A stretch of DNA of 54,722 bases, filler included, from Piptocephalis cylindrospora (Eukaryota), in NCBI GenBank assembly GCA_003614145.1. It is 3 parts of 3 records of this genome, joined end to end, with 100 filler letters (N's around TTAATTAATTAA, not from the genome) between each part and the next. Parts side by side here need not be neighbours in the genome. Positions count along the whole stretch, not along the records: positions 36,590 to 54,722 come from KZ987843.1; 2 more parts are not named here. One strand, 5' to 3'. Made by a program: the position numbers and the translations under genes. Shown here in pieces: positions 50,501-54,722 of this stretch; the first letter of the stretch is position 1; each line of letters starts with the position of its first letter. Below the pieces are notes generated by a model. It made no database searches, was not told where the DNA came from, and saw nothing but the letters and a program-made list of their open reading frames with translations.

Positions 50501-53500
50501 TACCACTTCGGGAGCCATCCAGTAAGGGGTGCCCACGACAGCATTCCTAGTAGGCTTCGTTTCGGTCAGCTGACTGCAATGGACAAAGTCAGCTAGCTTG
50601 ACTTGACCTCGGGAGTTGAGGAGGATGTTATCAGATTTGACATCCCGATGCACACGCCTCCCGGTATGTAAGGCCTCCAGAGCTTTACTAATCGATAGGG
50701 CTACATATGCCATTTCAGATTCTCCTAGGAAAATAGCATCTCCTCTAACTTTCTCTCCATCCTCTTCCTCCTCGCCTAGCATGAGAACATCGGCCAGGGA
50801 TCCAGCGTCCATGTACTCCATGACGATCCATAAGGATTGGGGAGAGGGGTCCAGATAGCAACCGAGGAATTCGACAATGTAGGGCCGACATGCTGGGTCA
50901 TCCGTGGAGGCCTGCATCATGGCCACTTCGTTTCCGATGACCTCCATCTTCCCTTCAGCATCCCAGGGCACTATTTTGATAGCCACTTCCTTACCCGTTT
51001 CCTCAGCAGCATCCCCCTTCCACACGTCCCCACTATCTCCTTCGGCTACCTTAATTCGGTGGGGAAAGAGGGCGTCGAGGTCCCCGGACCTCTTGACCAT
51101 ATTCACTAGACCATACTGCTGCAGTTCACAAGTATTAAGAAAGATGAATTCAGGTTCCAGTTCAAGATCGGACTCGGCCCCATGCCCCGTAGGAAACACG
51201 TGGTTAGGCTCGGCGTGGGGCTTGACGGTTAAGGGAGAGGTGACAGGCAGGGGTGGAAGGGAAGGTACGGCGGAAGAGTCGGTGTCCGCAGAATGGTTGG
51301 AGAGGACGGTGGAGGCGCGTGTCGACACGCGAGTAGATCGACGTCTGGATATGCGATGGTTTGATGAAGCGGTTGAGGCACTGCTGCGTCTCCTCCCAAC
51401 CTTTTCCTCCGCCTGACATTCATCCTCTCCAAGGATCTCGGAGCCCTTGGAAGCCTTTCTCGATGAAGGGCCTGTCCTTCCAGGAGTGTACATACTGGCC
51501 CTGGCCAGAGCTCGCTTCTTCCTCCCTCCCTCCTCGTCCTCGTCCTCCAAGCTCCTCTGAGGAGAGATGTAACTTTGATGTCGATGCTTACTCATAATTC
51601 TGGCTAAAGTATCCTCATTCTTGGCCATCTCGTCCTCTTCCAGACCCACTTGATCCTTAGCCAGACCCTTCCAATTTTCGGGAAGTTCGGCATCAGTGGG
51701 CTTCCGTGTATTGGGATGGGGCAAGGAGGAAATGACTTCACGGGCTCCATTTGCTTCCGTTGACTCATCTTCTCGTGTCCTCTCGGTGCCCTCTTCTTCT
51801 CCTTCCTCTTGGTTGGCTACAGTACGGATCACTTCCACGAGCTCCTCCTTAGAGCAGGCACAACGCAGGAAGGGATGCTTTAGGAGGTCATGGGAATTGG
51901 CCCGGCCCGTGGGGTTCATTTGGGTGGAGAGACGAAGGAAGTCACGGAAATCCTTGCTCCAGGCCTCAGGATCAGTCAATTGGGGCGGACCATACGTGGC
52001 AATCATAAAGATTGCCCTGAGGGGAGGATAATCTAGATAGGGCGGAGTCCCCTCGGACATCTCAATGAGAACAATGCCCAAGGACCAAATATCAATCGCT
52101 GTCCCGTAATTTTGACCATTTACCACCTCTGGTGCCATCCAGTAGGGGGTACCAACTACGGAAGATCGATAATCCCTTTCTTGGTTCAGGGCAGCACAAT
52201 GAGCAAAATCAGCTAGAAAGGATGGGAGAGTGAGATACAGGATGAGTCAAAAGCCTTTTCCATCCTAAAATTAGTGAGAAGACGACCCAATCAAAATCAC
52301 CCACCTAGCTTAACATCTCCTTGAGAGTTGAGGAGAATGTTATCTGACTTGATATCCCGATGGATCATCCTCCGAGCATGGAGCCATACCACGGCATTCA
52401 GCACCTCGAGGGTCACTTTAGCGATATGACGCTCGGTAAGATGGTGGGAGGCAGGATCTCCAGATTGGGGAAGAAGATCAGTTAGAGCGCCAAAGTCCAT
52501 CCACTCCATTATCATCCAAATACATGGACCCTCCTGTTCCTCCTCTTCTTCCTTCTTTGGTTCCTTCCCTTCTCCCTCCTCTTCCTCCTCATTTTCAAGG
52601 AAGTACCGGCCGTTCTCCACAAAATGGCCACCAACCCACTGAACAATATTGGGATGAGGAAGGCATTGCCGCATCGTTGAAAATTCATTCCCGAGAACCT
52701 CGAGTTTAGCCTTGCACTGCAGGGGAATGACCTTGATGGCATGGGTGACCTCCACGATGGATCCTTTGGTAACAGCAGAGTAGACACACCCGTTCTCTCC
52801 ATGGGCAATCATGGTCAAGGGCTCATACTTATCCTGGATCCCAGAGTCCATGCCCACCCCTCCCTCCAATTCAATACTGTACCGTTCCAGGGTTCCTTTG
52901 ATCCCTTGAGTGCCCGATATGTCCAGGGCTAAGGAAGGCAAAGGGGGTACGGGAGGGAGAGGAGGCATGGCGGGGTATCCTTCCCCCAAATCTTCCGTTC
53001 CCACTCGATCCTCCCGGTCCTCAAAAGCAAGAGAGCTTGCATAGATAGAAGCTCTAGAGGATTTTCTTCGGTGCTGAAGGACACTTTGTCTTGATACCGT
53101 AGATGACCTTCTCTTCCCCGTCTTTCCCAAAGATACCCCACCACTTGATTGGGGCCGAGGGGCTTCTTGACCTTCCCCGCCTATTCTACCCTCTCCACTC
53201 CCGCTTTCCTCTGCCCCCGATCCTTGAGCATACCGGTGGTGTCGGTGGACACTCATGAGCCTCTCGACCGTCTTGGCATTCTGCCGAAGTTGGTCCTTGG
53301 GAATACCCGCCTCTTGGATCATCTCCTGAAGATCTTTGGCCAAGGTCTCGGCAGGAGCCTTCACCACCTCAAGGGTCTTTTGTTTTGGGGGAATCGGAGC
53401 CATGGGGAGCATTTGGCGGACGCGCATCTCTCGAATGAGCTCCTCCTTGAGGCATGCCCCACGTAGAAAGGGATGTTCCAGGAGGGCGAGGGCGCTGGGT

Positions 53501-54722
53501 CGACTCTTGACCTCTGCCATTGTCGAACATCTGACATAATCCTTGAAATTATCCGACCAGACTCCTTCCTTGAGCTCCGGAGACGGATTGGTAGCAATGA
53601 GGAAAAGAGCCTAGAAGAAGGGTATTTTTAAAGGAGGATATGAGTGAAATAGGAAAATTAAGGAACCATATTTTTTTTTCCTTCTCCCTGTCTCTCCTTT
53701 CCTTTCTCCCTCCTTCATCCTCCACTCTGTGAATACATACCCGAAGGGGAGGATATTTGAGATAAGGAGGGAAACCCTCGGCTAGCTCAAAAGCCACAAT
53801 GCCAAGGGACCAAATATCCACCCTGGTGCCATAGTGCATGCCCTTGGCCACTTCGGGGGCCATCCAGTAGGGGGTTCCGACGACGGAATTCCTGGTCCAG
53901 GAGGATTGCTCCTCCAATTGGGCGCAGTGGCCAAAGTCGGCGAGCTTGACGTCGCCCTTGGAATTAAGGAGAATGTTATCACTCTTGATGTCCCGGTGGA
54001 CTCGGTGGGAGGAGTGTAGCCAAGCCACGGCCCTTCCCACCTCCCTCAAAACATGAGCAATGATGTCTTCGGACAGAGGACCAAACCTAAGCTCTTCAGT
54101 TTGCTCATCCCCGCCGATGAGATCAGTCAAGGGGCCTGCATCCATATACTCCATGGCTACCCAGATGGACTCGTGATCAGCCAGACACCGGCGTAGCCCG
54201 ACAATGTTACCATGGGCGCTGGCTCGCATGAGGGAAACCTCATTAGCAAGAATATCCATCTTCTCTTCGGCGTCAAAGGGAACAATCTTGATGGCCACAG
54301 TGATAGGGCTGGCGGCGGAAGATTGAGAGCGCATCTTGGCCGTAAAGACATCCCCACTCTCCCCCTCGGCAATCTGCTTTCTCGGACCAAATAGCCGAGT
54401 AGGATCCCCCTCCTGGACACACTCGGTCAGGGAGTGCTGTTCAAGGACAGCCTGAGAAATATGGCCTTGGAGCTTGGGTCGTTTAGATGTTACCGTGGAA
54501 GCCCTAATTGCTCGCTCAGAGATTTTCTTATCCATTTGGTCTGCAGGTGGGTCTCCCCTCACATCAGAGACGGCTGGAGGCACAGGAATGGAGCGGGATT
54601 GATCGGGATAAGAGGAGGAAGAGGAGGGCGGGAAGTTGCTGGTATTGGCCGAGGAGGTAGTGGAGGAGGCGGACAGAGGAGGCGGGGAAGGAATGGTGTT
54701 AATAGGGGGCCTGGCTCCAGGG
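47577..54722 (-). CDS. Tandem four-domain STE20/PAK-like Ser/Thr kinase, 5'-partial, at least 2,164 aa
   Basis: Exons >54721-53741, 53610-52305, 52212-48803, 48662-48486, 48395-48194, 48080-47755 and 47669-47577. All are bounded by GT-AG and splice in frame (6,495 nt). Four domains (about 54390-53464, 52827-51866, 51066-50222, 48880-47658) each carry HRD[IV]KSDNILL and GTPYWMAPEV. Confidence 0.88.

Noticed and set aside
47577..54722. Reading the kinase region as four separate tandem genes
   Set aside because: No stop codons or intergenic gaps separate the domains; each junction lies inside a continuous open exon.

Overview
Intron-containing eukaryotic DNA from a compact genome. Gene content and composition suggest an early-diverging fungus, possibly Zoopagomycota-like (inference only). 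Three contigs are joined by artificial N44-TTAATTAATTAA-N44 spacers (18205-18304 and 36490-36589). Contig 1: hybrid histidine kinase, SABATH-type methyltransferase, double-hotdog acyl-CoA thioesterase, Myb+JAMM (MYSM1-like) deubiquitinase, two tandem alkaline ceramidases (one intronless) and the 3' end of alpha-tubulin. Contig 2: hydroxyacid-oxoacid transhydrogenase (ADHFE1), secreted M28 aminopeptidase, a decayed kinase plus Sel1-repeat island, MIOS/Sea4 (with an in-frame TGA) and a Rab7-like GTPase. Contig 3: RNase H2A, HEATR5/Laa1 and the most striking feature, one spliced minus-strand gene (at least 2,164 aa, running off the window end) with four tandem STE20/PAK-like kinase domains. Its linkers carry PAK/WASP inhibitory-switch-like helical segments and clusters of RRxS sites.
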